Of a stretch of 64,000 nt of DNA, positions 1 through 13,956 are shown piece by piece. A program made the position numbers and the translations under genes. Every line of letters begins with the position of its first letter. Positions within the stretch are counted from its first letter, which is position 1. The notes under the pieces are model-generated. The model was given only the letters and a program-made list of their open reading frames with translations. It made no database searches and had not been told where the DNA came from. Origin of the DNA: Sphyrna mokarran (lineage: Eukaryota); the NCBI GenBank assembly GCA_024679065.1, contig JAGIQG010000021.1:23374001-23438000 (forward strand). The letters are read 5' to 3'.

Positions 1-34
1 GCTCAACTAAAAATCATGTTTCTGACTCTGAATG

Positions 35-302
35 GAGTCTGTGTGGAGTTTGCAATTCTCCTCATGTCTGCATGGGTTTCCTCCAGGTGCTCCGGTTTCC
101 TCCAAAGTCCAAAGATATGCTGGTTAGGTTGATTGGCCATTTTAAAATTGTCCCTTAGTCTCCTGAGATGCGTAGGTTAGAGGGATTAGTGGGTAAATAT
201 GTAGGGATAACTGGTTAGGGCCTGGATTGGATTGTGTTGGTGCTTATGTGATGGGCCAAATGGCCTCTTTCTGCACTGTCGGGTTTTTTTGCTTCTATGA
301 AT
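35..302 (+). mobile_element. HE1-like V-SINE, 5'-truncated, CR1-type tail
   Basis: V-domain GTGTGGAGTTTGCA..GGGTTTCCTCCAGGTGCTCCGGTTTCCTCC and tail GATGGGCCAAATGGCCTCTTTCTGCACTG..TTCTATGA. Confidence 0.85.
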
Positions 303-1054
303 TGATGAAACTGGTCTTCACTTGTTTTGCTATTTCTTCCCTTTAATTACAATATGGCTTGTGAACTGATGCTGCCTATGGTTAAACACAATTTGAATAT
401 TCATGGCAACAAGTGCCAGAAAATCAGCTTGGAAATCAAACAGCAATTAACACTATGATGTTCCAGAAAGGCCCTGTGAGCAATACCCATTGTTGAGATT
501 GTGGCATTTTCTTGGGACCAGTTTAAAGAGAAGAATTTACTGGACCTTTTTTCTTTCTTCCCGTCAATTCTGTCCTCTCTCACCTTCATCTCCTGATGGT
601 TATTGATTTTTTTCTAGTTTCAGTTCCATCAATATCTCACCCATAAAGCCATGACTTGTATATGAGCCTTGACAGCAACTGTCAGCGACCTATTCATCTG
701 TATGGTAGGAATCATCACAGGTTGTCCTTGATATCCACAGATGGCAGCACTAAATAACAATTAGGCAAGGAAATTATGCACCTTCTTCTTCCTATTCTAG
801 AGCTTTGAGATTAATTGCATTTTTTCTGTTGCTGCAATTTAGAATAAGCTGAATATTGAACACAGAGCCTTTGTGGTTTGTATGATACAAGCTACTTGTC
901 TATAAACAAGCTGAGTCAGTTGGGTGTAATAGAGAACATACATATGGAGGCAGAGGTATACCATGAGGTTGTAACTCCATTGTGGGTTCTGGGCCAAGGA
1001 GAACCATGGATTGTCAACCTTTTACCATTCACTCTCATCATAAAAGCAATTTAT

Positions 1055-1160
1055 CACTCTGATGAAGGGTCATCCATATTCAAAACATTAGTTCTATTCT
1101 CTCTCCACAGATGCTGTCAGACCTGCTGAGATTTTCCAGCATTTTCTGTTTTGGTTTCAA
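1055..1160 (+). mobile_element. Penelope-like element (PLE) terminus with degenerate hammerhead motif
   Basis: CTGATGA-AGGGTC..TTC-AAAA-CATT followed by the conserved CACAGATGCTGTCAGACCTGCTGAGATTTTCCAGC. Confidence 0.65.
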
Positions 1161-3625
1161 ATGCTACAGGTTCAAGTGAAACCACATGAGACAACAGAAG
1201 TCAACCATTTCATTCTTTAAACTACTGACAATTTATTTTTGACACAATGAAAGAATCAGACAAACTGATTTAAGTTTATTAAGTGCTCCAGTGGTTATGC
1301 CGTACGTGTTTTGTTGGTGCATTTACTTCTTGTATATTGTTTTTCTTGTTATGTCCAACTATGTGGTACTTCCCTCGTTGAGGGAACAGTACTAGCAGGC
1401 AGCTACATACCCAACTGGTAAGCAGCAGGATTCACAAAAGGCCACCACCTTTATTTGCAATGAACCTTGATGGACTTGCATTTGTGCCAAGCCTGCCCTT
1501 TGTTGTCACTCCAGCTCATTATTTTCAAAGTATAGACTGTCAGTTGTGCAAGGTCAGCTTATGCCTCTCAACCCCTGTTGAGATGAGTGACAATTGCCTG
1601 CTGCTGTGTTATCTACACATGATACTGATGAAGGTCTTTTCTTACTAGACCGCTGATACATTTTTGAGTGCAGAATATTAAATATCTACGAGTTCACATG
1701 TTTCCTCAAACTGCTATGTAATTTTGTAGCTTTCTGTGACTACCTTTTGGAGTACAGTGGGATGATTGATGAAAGTTTGCCTTGTTGAGCTTATCTATGA
1801 AACTAGAGAGTAGCAGACCCCAGTGCACATCACTGCTCCTCCATGACTCACTTTTGTCCTATGTGCAAGTGCATATGTATGTGTTGGACTCCTCTATGCT
1901 GTCCAGAGCATTTTCCTGTATCATGTACTCATTTCAGAGCAGGTCAACAGAGATTTGTACCTCTGTAGAGGAACATTAAGCATACTGGAGTTCCAACCTG
2001 GGCAAACTGATCCTTCTTCTGATCAATATTGTCACCCAGTCATCACTGTTCAGCTCCTCAGCCTATGGTTCCTCCAGAATATCACCTATTGCTGCAAAAG
2101 TCTACATAGCTATTAGTATCCAATGATGAACCATTATGTGCAAATGTAGAATATCAAAGTAATATGCTATATGCCATGAATTCAATGTGGTCCTTCATCT
2201 CCTAGTTCCCAAGTCTTCCAAGCTTTCTCTGCTAAATAAGTTTACATTAACTTTTTTCATATGGGATCAATGGACCATGACAACTCTTACTCCTTTCACT
2301 CTCGGATTATTTGCCAGCTTCAATTTTAAACGTAAGAGCAGTCAGCTTTGAAACATAATGACTTGGCCCATGTTATCTGAAATGTAGCATCTCTTCCATA
2401 ATGGCATGTGAAATGCAATTTATATAATCCCTAATGACCTGGCTTGTGCCAAAGCTGTTTATGCTGCCATCTCCTCTGGCTTGTGAAGTGCCTCAGTGCC
2501 ATCCTTCAGCTGATCCTCAGCGGACCTTTGCTGCAGCTGGTCCACTTAGATGGCTCTCTCAGTTGCCAGCTCACGGAGAATGTGAGCTACAAGTATTTTG
2601 CAAATATTACCTGGGTTATAATGAAAGATGCCCTCAGCCCCTGCCACATCCTCGTATGTCAAGGCACCAGAATTGATGCTTTGGCGTGTCTGTGGTGCAC
2701 TCAATGTTGATGAATCCCATGGTGGAATGCCTCAGGCTGTATCTGGTTACAGCCAGCGTACAATTATAAGCTAAGCTAACAGAATAATGCTTGTTCTCCT
2801 GGGATCAAACCTTTCACATTTTAGGTATTGCACAGTATTATGGTGCTGATTTAAAATGTGTATATGATGAATACTGTCTGGAAAACCAGGAATTTACTTG
2901 TCATACATTTGCTAAGTATACATGCAATAAGCAGTCTTTTACTGTGTATCATCTACATTTTGTCCTGCTGCTTTACTGTGTTAATCATGTCAACCATTTC
3001 TCCTCTTCTTTACTGCTATATTTGCATATTATGGTATCACTCCAATCCTACCAAGAATATCTTGGGAACACTGCGGTACAGATTTAGGATATTTGAAAAC
3101 ACATTTTTCCTTCTTGGTGCTGACTTGTTCATTGCTACATTTGTGTGTTCCCAGCTTTTGCATTAGTCAAGTGGCCTGTTACTTACTTGAGAAGCAATAA
3201 AGAACTATTACTGAAGGTGTCAATTTCTCAACTTTTTTAACGAAACTGTTATCTCAAAAATCAAATTTAGTTGCCGGTTCATTCGCTTCAAGAAAAACCA
3301 ACCATGTGCCCTTTTTTCCAAAAAACTGGATTTTTGCCCTCGTATAAGCAGATTGTGTCACAAATTGCCAACACTAATTTTAGTGGAATTCTCCATTCTC
3401 TGTCTGTTAATGAGTAAATAATTATATTGACATGTTACACTAGTATATTAACAATGATTACGGCTCTGATTTATCTGTGTCTGTATGAGCTGCATTGATC
3501 TGGTGAAACTAGAAAGACTTTAAATGATTGACATTCCAAATAAAAGATTGGTGAACTGGTGAGTTAAGATCAGAGAAAGAAGAGCAAATATAAGGAAAGC
3601 AGCAAGAAAGTCCCAAAAAGAAAAT

Positions 3626-3896
3626 TAGTTAGCACTACTGCTTCACAGCAGTGTTCCGGGTTTGATATCCAGCTTGGGTCACTGACTGTGTGGAGTTTGC
3701 ACCCTGTGTCTATGTGAGGTTTTCTCCGGGTGCACCAGTTTCCTTCCACAATCAGGTTAGGATGTGCAGGTTAGGTGAATTGGATGTGCTAAACCCTCTC
3801 TCAGTATATCCAAACAGAGTGTAGCGTCTAAGAATTTTCACTGTAACTTCATTGCAGGGTGAATGGAAGCCTACTTGTGACTAATAATAAATAAAC
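3626..3896 (+). mobile_element. V-SINE, alternative tail (..GTAAGCCTACTTGTGACTAATAAATAAAC)
   Basis: tRNA-like head remnant, V-domain and type-b tail. Confidence 0.8.
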
Positions 3897-4519
3897 GAAC
3901 ATTTAAAAGTGTTGCTGCCAGCAAGTCTGAGAACAAGATCTGAATTAAGACATAGGCTTGTTCGACAAAACTTGGCACTAATCTTCCATCATAACTATGC
4001 TCCATGCCAGGAGTAATCTCAAGACACAGAGGCAACAGTACGACTAACTGAGCCAAGCTGATACTGGAAGAAGATAATTGTCTAAATACTAACTATTGTC
4101 TAAACTTGGAGGATTTGATCTTTCTATGTCTAAACTTAATCCATGAAATTCATCTATTTCCCTCTACCAAAGGCTGAATCTAAGTCAAAAAAAATCCAGG
4201 AAAAATATGCAGTCTGACTAATCATTTGCATTTGATCGTACCCTAAAATCTGATGCACTTGTTCTTCAGCTAATGATTAATGTTGATTTTAAAATATCCA
4301 TTTCACACAATTTCTCAAAATTCAGAAAACATTTGTATCAAATACATTTAATATAATTGCAAACTGTTGTGAAATGAGTACAATTCTGGAAAGCTACTTT
4401 GATCATAAGAATGCAGGAGCAGAATAGTTTTAAAGATCCATCAGAATCTTATTGCATGGTGGAGCAGCTGGATGGACAGAGGGGCCTACTCCTGCTTCTA
4501 TTTTTCTTTAATCATATTT

Positions 4520-5175
4520 TTTTAAAGACATGACACTTGTAATTGTTGGTGTTTAGAGAGATTTAGATGTGCTTACACAAGATGCACAAAAAGTTAACAT
4601 GCAGGTACACTAAGCAATTGGGAAGGCGAATGGCATTTTGGCCTTTATTGCAAGGGGTTGGAGTATAAGCATAAGGAACACTTGTCACTATTGTACAGGA
4701 CTTGGTAAGCCCATACCTGGAGTACCAGGTGCAATATTGATCTCCATATTTAAGAACTCCATACTTACTTGCATATGAGATAATGCAGCAGAAGTTCACT
4801 AATTTGGTTCTTGGGATAAGGGGGTTGCTCTAGACTCTCTGCATTTAGAAGAATGGGAGATGATCTTATTGAAACATGCAAGATTCTGAAAGGACTTGAC
4901 AGAACATAAACTGATTCCCCTAGGTGGGGAATCTAACACACGGAAGCACAGTCTCAGAAAAAGGAGCCAATCATTTAGGTCTGAAATCAGGAGAAATTGA
5001 TTCACTCAAAGGTTGTGAATCTTTGGAATTTCTGTCCAGAGAATTGTGAATGCATGAACGCTCCATCATTGAACATATATATTTAAGGTTGGAATTGATA
5101 GATTTTTGGCCCCTCAGGCAATCAAGGGATATAGGGAGTTTACAAGGAAGTAGAATTAAGGTTGATAATTAGTAA
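4520..5175 (+). mobile_element. CR1 LINE 3' fragment
   Basis: Typical CR1 ORF2 C-terminus (LVSPYLEYQVQY*SPYLR) and 3' region. Degenerate. Confidence 0.8.
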
Positions 5176-5191
5176 GTTCCAGGGCCTGTAT

Positions 5192-5392
5192 TGTTAATTG
5201 GATCGACGCTAGTTGGTAAAGTTAAAATTAAGACATGGCAACTCTCTTTGCTGTAGAGAGTTTATTGACTTAGTTCACAGTTAGTAATATTTACAACCCC
5301 CCAGTGCCCTGGATATCCCCATTTATAGTTTGAGTACAATAAATCAACAGAAAATAAAACAATCAGGGACAAGATAAAGGGACACTGTAACA
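5192..5392 (-). mobile_element. Short LTR-like unit (solo LTR or 3' LTR of the adjacent copia)
   Basis: TGTTA...TAACA inverted termini, 201 bp, with minus-strand TATAAA and AATAAA. No clear TSD or PPT. Confidence 0.45.
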
Positions 5393-5844
5393 AAAATGCC
5401 AAAGTCACAAAGGAAACTTACTAAAATATAATTGTGGAGGTCAATAATGCCCAGCTGTCATTAAAGGCCTCCAGCACGTGATGGAAACTACATGTTCCCA
5501 TTCCAAGGATTCGTGAACAGTTGGGTTGGATGACCTCCTGAAATGTCCATATCCTCATTCCAATACATATCACCTTTTCAATAATGTAATTGCCATTAAA
5601 CCTTGACGATGTAATTAATAAGACATTGACAGATTATTCTTTTTCTTTTAAATAGTAATTTTAAACAAAACTTGTTTTTAATAAAATCTTGAAAAAAACA
5701 AAAAAAAACTAAACTATATCTGTTTTTCGATCTCACATTACATTATGTAATAAATCCAATATTCCATTTTAAACATTTTTTCTTCTTTACCAGATATAAA
5801 ATATTACAAAGCAATCAAAGAAAATCTTAGTTTTCTATATCCTC

Positions 5845-7440
5845 CTTGTATTCATGAGACCCCTCTTCCAGAACATCCAATAATTCCTGAGAGCAAGCAC
5901 CTTTCTTTGTAAAACAGTTGTGATAATTGGTGACTTGTTTCTACCTATTTTATTTGGAAAGCTCACTTCATTCTAACATTTCCTTTATACTAGCAAGGTC
6001 AATTCTCAACCATTTTCAAGCGACATCTTTTGTCGAATGAACATTGTCCCGAAGAAAGAACGATTATCCACATAGAATGCAACAAACAAGCTTTTCTAGT
6101 GCCCTTTGTATGGTATTTCCTTCAGTTTATTAGCTAACTACACCCCCATGTCTATTGTATTTACTAATGCCAGTATTTCAGCAGGTAAAGTGCTTCTAAC
6201 TAACCTTTTTATTTCCTTTGCATCTATGGCCTATGGACAACATTTATTATTCATTCCCACCCAATATATTTTAAACCCTGCTGTGCTACAATATCCACTT
6301 GGAAATTTGGCATGTGAACCATTGCTGAAAATGACTAACCTCTTATCTTCTTGACCACGCAAAGCTGGAAATTTAAGCATATATTTCTCTGAATTTAATT
6401 TATTTTGTGTCTTATTTACTGTCAGAACTTCCTAGCTAAAGCATGTTTCATCATAGTACTCAAATCCATAGTCATAACTGGCATCAGGTCAAGTCTGAGT
6501 GCACAACCAGTTAAACCGTCAATTCAAACTTTTTAATTGGTCAATTTCTCTCTTGGATGAAAGATCCTCTTTTAGTGAGGACTCGGCCTGATTTATTGGG
6601 ATGCAGTTGACATTTTGTAAAGAAGACTGTTGATGCAAGATCACTCCAGATTTATTCTGCTTAATATTTGACCTTATATTTAAAGGTACCCCAAGCCTAA
6701 CTCCAAATCTTAAATTCCTTCTTTATTTTATCTATTACTCAAATTTTGCTGAATGTTTCAACAGAAAATCATCAACATGCATCATAAAGATGCCTGTTAG
6801 TTTCTCTTTGTGATACTAGTAGAACACTACAGGATATGCCTTTAGTTAAACACAAGTTGTTTTCAACAGGATGGAACTAATTAAGAAATACTGTATTCTT
6901 GATGCACCATTTAACCCATAAATATACTTGTACAATTTCCACAATTTCTGTTCTATATCACAGACTCCTTTATGTCAAATGTCAAAAACATTTTCCTTTG
7001 AAATTCCTCATTCTGCAAAAACACAGCTTTTACATCAATTGATTTACATTCTGAGGAATATGTTGCTGAAATAACTAATAAAATCCTCAAGCTTATTTTT
7101 CCTGCAGTCAGAGAGTCCACCCTGACATCTTGATCACAAGCCTTTATCCGAAGTTCCAAATTATTAGTCTAGCTTTAGCATTATACGTGCCACTAGGAAA
7201 CATCTGTGTATATCCACCTATGAGATAAGGCTAGCTGTGTCATTCAACATATACACCAAATTCTTTCAAACTCTTTTTGCTTGGCATCCTTTATCTTCTA
7301 ATTTATTAGTAGTCTTAGTGATCATAGCCTGTTCTATGGTCCTTGTTCTTGATAAACAAATGTAATTACCATTAAGATTAATAAGATAGTCACATATCGA
7401 TCTGCTTCTCTGCTCCTACTTTGGATGTTCTCATACCTGT
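5845..7440 (-). mobile_element. Decayed Ty1/copia LTR retrotransposon pol fragment (RT + RNase H), GalEa-like
   Basis: Minus-strand translation gives, in order: KARL (7165-7176), VRVDS.TAGK.SLRI, SIDVKAVFLQ, YGLN.AS, GIFMMHVDDF (HVDDF 6765-6779), WLCTQT*PD (TRPD with CpG stop, ~6483-6494), LVIFSNGSHA, KRLVRSTLPAE (~6178-6195), VDNRS, LRIDLASIKEML, FTKKGA. Many stops and frameshifts. Confidence 0.85.
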
Positions 7441-8761
7441 GATATAATTAGTGATGACACAAAATCATCCAATTCCCAGCAATCATGTGATCCAGCTGGA
7501 ATGAGAAATCTTATTTGTCAAAATTAATGTCTTCATGAAGAACATGGACTAATCTGAATTATTTTGGTTTGTGCTTCAATATATTTGTATAACTAAATAT
7601 GTGGCCATTTGAAAAAAGTTCAGGAAGACAAGACATTCAAACCTATGAAACATAGAGAGAGAATGCCACTTGCAGTTTGGATTAAAACCTTTCTGAATTT
7701 TAGTTATCTGAATCTGAATATACTCTTGTCTTCTAAAGGTTAAATCCTTTTAGTCAAGAACGTGTGAGCATGGGTTACGTTGAAATTCAGACTAACATGA
7801 AACGTAGAGGCTTCAATCAATATTTTTGAGTCTGAAAGCAAGCCAAAATTCACTGAATCCTTACTATATAAAGAAACCACCTAAATATAGCCTCAACAAT
7901 AAGATAATATAAATTGAGGGGAAGCAGTTGTATGTGTATCATCGGTTCAGCATGACTGTGGCCAAAAGAATACACCAGGACTTGAATCTTTTCTTTTGAC
8001 CTCTTAACAAAGGCCTTCTCTCAGCTGCCCATGTTATCGAAAATGCTTCACTGCCACTTGCCTTAACTGTTTGATAAATGAAAAGTAAGGTGCACCTAAC
8101 CAGACAGTAAGAATAGTGCAAGAGCAAAGTACTGCGGATGCTGGAAATTGGAAATTAAAAGAGAAAATGCTGGAGCTAAATCAGTAGGTGTGGCATCTGT
8201 GGAGAGAGGAACAAAATAAAAGGCTCTGGTCAACAACGCTTTAGAGAAGCAGTGCTCCTGGTTTCTACAGTGCCACACATTACCTTTAATATGATGCATT
8301 CAAGACTTTGATAAATATGTTACTTAATGTCATAATCTTCCATCATTAAGAAATGGCCTGAAATATTCCTAAAAATGTTTAGCCATCTGTGCATTTCCTT
8401 GTGGTTTCAAAAGTACATTTGTTAGTCATCACACAGTCACATTACAGAATGATCACAGACGTGTGTTCTCTAATGGTTTACAACAGTATTTAATGTGGTA
8501 CCTCTCATAATTAAGATACTACAGTATGCCAAACCATACCATAATGAAGAATTTTGTACACCAGCTATATGAAACTAAGATAAAGGCATTTTTATCACCT
8601 GCCCAGCTCAAGTAGCCAGAACACAACCTCATAGTGAATTTAATCTGCATTAAAGCAGAGTATTTCCAATTTCAATTTTGCATTCAATAGAGATGCATAT
8701 TGCCTTTGGAAATCTTAAAATGACTGCTTCAGAGTTTGGTTAAGGCCTTTTGGCATTCAAT

Positions 8762-9824
8762 TAGCCAGAATTTAACATTGCATTGTGCCTGTTTTTGGGC
8801 ATGAAAACGTGGTAAAGTGGGATGTGAACCATTAATGCGATCTGTGCCTGCGTCCTTGCAGATGGCCACTTTACAGAAGCTCGGGAATGGCCACAATCCA
8901 ATTTATTGCCTGAAATAGGTGCATGCATTTGCATGCATTTCAATTTAATTAATGAACAAACTGGCCAAATTTATCAGCATTTCCCCCTTACCATTGCATT
9001 TGCGCATCCAGATTCGGTACAAAACAGACATGCTTGGCAAAAAGTCTGTTTGAAGAGGTAAGTTCAGAACTTTCAAAGACTCTCCAACTGAGATCGGCGT
9101 TGGAAGGAGGGAAGCGGGTCAGATTATTCTTGGTGAGTGTGTGAGGGAGGCGGGAGGCCTGATCATTGTCTGGTGCAGAGGGGAGGGAGTAGGGCAGATT
9201 GTTGTCTGGTGGGAAGGGAGGAGGATGTGGATCAAAAGTACCTCTGGGGGGAGGAAGGGGAGGGTAGGAAGGCCAGATCATTCTCTGGGGGAGTGGTGGG
9301 GAGGGGAAAGGGGGGAAGGGAGGTCGGATCATTCTTGGCGGAAATGTGGGGAGTGAGGAAGCGGGATCATTCTCTGGTTTGGTGGGAGGGGGAAGGGGAG
9401 GGAGATAGGGTCCATTGCTATTCTGCATGCGATCAGTGTGGGGAAAGAGGGCAGGGGATTGCAATCGGTCTGGGTAGCCAGGGAGGGGCTGGGTGGATAA
9501 GGGTCACAGTTATGTTGTAAGGGTGGGCGTGATGTCTGTGGGGACCGTCGTCCCCACTTTTCACTCCCGGGCTGCTTCATTCGTTTTTTTGCAGCACGGG
9601 AGCGATGAGACATGGGCACGCTTTTTTGAATTTTTTCAAACTGTGCATGCGCGGTTCAGAGCTACAATCATTTCGCTGTGCTAAGCCCCGTCCACAGCTC
9701 AATTCAGACCTACTTCTTTTTTTCAAGCTAAGTGCGCATGAGGACGTCTGAAAGCAAATTCCCAAGTTGGATCTGAATTGCTCCCAGATTCAGCACTTGG
9801 AATGAAAATGGTAAAATCGGGCCC
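8762..9824. mobile_element. PIF/Harbinger-type non-autonomous MITE, family A (inverted relative to the 29668 copy)
   Basis: Right TIR TGGTAAAATCGGGCCC ends at 9824. The degenerate left TIR matches the reverse complement of the 30773 end. 3-bp TSD AAT (8759-8761 / 9825-9827). G-rich low-complexity centre. Confidence 0.7.
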
Positions 9825-10047
9825 AATGTCTCTGCAATGCATTTAAATGAATTTAACATTTATTTTCACTACAGAGCATTGCAATGAATAGATTTGATGC
9901 TAAACTTAAAAGGAAATGCAAGTTTTGTATTTACCAACACAATTCTCTATTTCTGTCAGTACAAGTGATTGTATTTGGAACACAAAAGTAACATTTCATT
10001 TCCCTGCAACATTTGTAATTGAATTGTAAGCTGGATAATCCAAATTT

Positions 10048-10325
10048 TGGCACAGTAGTTAGCGCTGCTGCCTCATAGCATCCGGGACCTGAATTCAATT
10101 CCCAGCTTTGGTCATTGTCTGTGCAGAACTTGCATGTTGCCTCCCTGTCTCCATGGTGTTTCCTCCCACTGTCCGAAAGAACTGCTGGTTAGTTGCATTG
10201 GCCATGCTAAATTCTCCGTCAGTATACCCAAACAGGTGCTAGAATGTTGAGCCTCGAAGATTTTCACAGTAACGTCATTGCAGTGTTAATGTAAGCCTGC
10301 TTATGACACGAATAAAATAACTTCT
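10048..10325 (+). mobile_element. V-SINE, type-b tail
   Basis: TGGCACAGTAGTTAGC A-box head, V-domain, CAGTAACGTCATTGCAGTGTTAATGTAAGCC tail. Confidence 0.85.
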
Positions 10326-12529
10326 ATAAACATTTTTCATAATACAGGATTAATGTACTCAATATTGCCCTAACAACAGAAAATGGTATCTACTGAAAAG
10401 CTGTTCATCAGATTAATCATGCTGCGATCCAGCCCAGCTTGGAGGAATATAAATGAGGAAATCCATTCTATAGAATGTACCCCATCTCATACAATTTGGC
10501 AATTATCTTCTATAAAGATGAAGAATTATTTAAAAGTAGGAAGTTTGAACTTACCGGAAATAAAAAGAACATTGTGAGAGAGGAATTGTTTAATTGGATA
10601 GCTTCCCATAACAAATTGTTTCAGTTGAAATACTTAGGGTTTAAACTTTCATACTCTGCTTAGATAAATACTCAGTATATTTTAGCAACAGCATTTTGAT
10701 AAAATAAAAATATCTGATTTTAAATATACAATAGTTCTGAATCTCAATGTTTTTCCACTCTGCAAAATTAACACCATGTTTAGAAGTATAAGTCCAATTA
10801 TTTACAATATTAGAAATTCATAGCATCAAATTGTTTTGCAGTAATTCTACTATCTGAAGCTGTGAGGCATAGGTTGCTAGGTTAAATGCTGATTTGTGCA
10901 AAGTAATATAGAACATGTAACTAAGCCTCAATTTTAAAATTCTCATCCATGTTTTAAAATCCTGTCAGGGCCTTGACACTCATTATCTCAGTAATCTCCT
11001 CCGGCCCCACAATGCTTTTGTGCTCCTCCAACTTTTCTTTAATACAAATCAGAATCAACAAAATCATGCTTAATTTAACAGGCAAATTGCAATTGATATG
11101 ATCTATAAATTGTACACGGAGTAGCAGATACAATAAAGTCTATGTCACGGCATTAGTAAGTAGTCCATCCTGTTTGTATAGTTCCAGTTTCAGTCACAGA
11201 GTCCTATCAAACCACATTCCAGTCCATTTCCTTCAAGGATTTAGCCAATTTTTCACAGATAGCAACCAATCTGTTTTTTTTAGTCTTTTTATTTTTCTGT
11301 GGGGGTGCCTTTATTTAATTTCCTGTTGGCACAGCTTCTAGGCCAAGGATCACCAGCTCTCATTGACTAGTATCCCTTATGATCTAAAAATTGGATGTGG
11401 TCGTTTTATAAATAGTGATAAGTCTAGACAAACATTTTGTGAAAATTATTACAGGTTCCCAAACATTTTAAAGAATTTATACACTTTCCTTACTGCTGTG
11501 TGAAAAGCTGTCATAAACAGTTCAATTAATAAACACACATTATCTGCATAAATAGAAAAATGAAGTACAAGGTGCAGATGTACTATATAATCAGGAAAAT
11601 ATAGAGATCACACCATAGAAAAGCAGTGAAGAACCAGAACTGATCAGTGAGAAGATAAATTCAAACAAGGGAAATTTCAAAATATAACTGTGGCAAAAAT
11701 AAGGAAATGAAAAGGAGTGTACCTCAATGCAAAGGGGGGAAGGAAGGGAAACAATTTAATAAAGGAATACTGCCCAGTCTCAGCAGATAGTAGCCCACAA
11801 TGCTGATTACCCCTGTGAATCATTGTAAACCTGTATAATACTGTTTATGTGAACAAATTTCTCTTTCCAGACATCTTGATAACATAGCTCTATCATTTTG
11901 TTCAGAGAACCAGCACAGGGACAATGGGTTGAATACGTTCCTTATTTACTCCATATAATTCTATTTTGCCTTTGTACAACAATTTTACCATTTTCATTCC
12001 AAGTGCTGAATCTGGGAGCAATTCAGATCCGACTTGGGAATCTGCTTTATAGCCAATTAAATACTTGTGAAGATTTTTTAATGAAAGGTGGTCACTAATT
12101 AGCATACAAGAAATTCCTATAACAAGTCATTCCTTCCAGTTCCAAGTCTTTTACCGTACGTTTATATTGCAGAGCAGACTCAATAGTCTAATTCTGCTCC
12201 TCTACCTTAGGGTTTTATATTATCCTATGTCAGTTCAATATTCCAGAGAGTGGGATCCCATAATGAATCAGAGGAAGAGTTTAAACCTGGTTCATTTCCT
12301 TACATGTACAGAATAGAAAATATATACTTTGTCAATCAGAAAGATTTAGTTACTAGAAGGTCAGAATTACACAAGGAATAAGAAACTGATCTGATGTGAT
12401 AATAGTCAGATCCAGCGTTGCAAGGGCACAGGGAGATTTGGGAGTTATTGTTCATAGTTTGCAGATTCTTTCTAAGCTTGTTTTATTTGATCCACTGGAA
12501 GAGGGGGTACTTGGTAAGCTACTGAGAAC

Positions 12530-13742
12530 CCTGAGAAACAGGTGCCCCCCCCCCACTCCAAAAATGCTGGAGAGATTTAACGCCAGGGTCTACATGTGAC
12601 ATCTTTGACTGGTTCCCCATTTAAAAGCCTGTCTGATTCACAGGCTGTGTTCCAGTTAAACAGGGAGAAAAAACGAGAAACACACCCAAGAGATTGAATG
12701 AAAAAAGGAAGATAGAAGTAGAAAGAGATTCCCCCAGCCTACTGTGCTACTCTAACAGTAGACATCAGTGAAGACCATTTGGTGGGCTTCCCACTGGGGC
12801 CCTCCGCACTGATAGGGGATAGGATTTCTGGAGTCGTTCATTGGGTCCGTGCCAAATTGCTTTAAGTATTAAAAAAAATCGTATTTTAATATCATTAATG
12901 ATCCTGGGACTGAAGTTTCTGGTCTCCGGGGTTGTTAGCCTCTCCAATCCCTCCGCCACAGCAGGCGGCTGACTCGGTAGAGAGAAGAAAGATCGTGAAA
13001 GCACCTAAAGAGCTCAGGAGTAAGGAGGGGAAGGTGTCCCCTAGGCATTGCCAGCCTGGCATTTCCAGCCTGGCTCCCTGGCACTACCCAAGGGGCAAAA
13101 TGGCAATGCCAAAGGAGAAAACTGGCACTGGCTACAGGGCATTGGGCACTAGCAAGGGGTTGGGGCCAGAGGATGGCAGGGCCTATGGAGGTCAGGACCA
13201 ATGAGAGGTAGATCGGTGGGCGTGCAGGCTCCCACTATTACTCAGCATTTGGAATTGGTGGCAGAGGGTGGGAAGATGGTAATTGGGTTGGCCATCTGAA
13301 TGCAAAGATGTGTTGTCGGGGCTGCTGATGGGGAGCACTACTGGATGAGGAGGAATGGGACGATGAGTGGGGAGATTGGGGCTGGCCTAAGGGACAACGG
13401 GGCTGGCCCAGACAAGTCCTGGAAGCCAGCAATCCGGTGAGGGTGGGGTTGGAGTGGCAGCAATGCTGGATCATGGGGCCATAGTCAGTGAACAGGAGAT
13501 TGGCAGTGTGGGTCTCCTGCGCATGTGCCGAACTCCACTGTGATAGCTTAGTGCTATGTTGCTGGCCTCTTCAGCGGGAATAGGCCATGCCCATAGATTT
13601 TCAGTGTGAATCTCTCTGAGACACTTTGTGATGCATCGTGTAGGAGATTCAGTCTGAAAGTCTAGCTCAAAGAAACCAATGGAAGTTATTCCAGTTTTTA
13701 CACAAATTCAGCACTTAGAATTTTTTTTGGGAGAATTGCCCC
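12530..13742. mobile_element. Harbinger-type MITE, family B (left end degenerate)
   Basis: Ends in TTTTTGGGAGAATTGCCCC followed by TTA. Collinear in reverse with 23661-24820. Contains a GGCACT/TGCC-rich core. Confidence 0.6.
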
Positions 13743-13956
13743 TTAAAATCTCAAATATGTTTCAAAATTTGTGTAATTTAGTTATCACAGACTGCTCCAT
13801 TTTAACTCTGTCCAGTCTCTTCTAAATTGCATATTCAATGCCTTAAATGCACCCTATTAAAGTGTGTCAGAACTAGGCATGTTACAACTTCTCCTGCTCC
13901 CTCCCTAACATGTTGATTCATGCAACAGTCATGGAATCGTAGAATCCTTCACATCC

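Noticed and set aside
8988-9619. Proline-rich and Gly-rich ORFs (also 23796-24586, 29653-30580)
   Set aside because: Low-complexity G/C strand bias within MITEs leaves several frames open.
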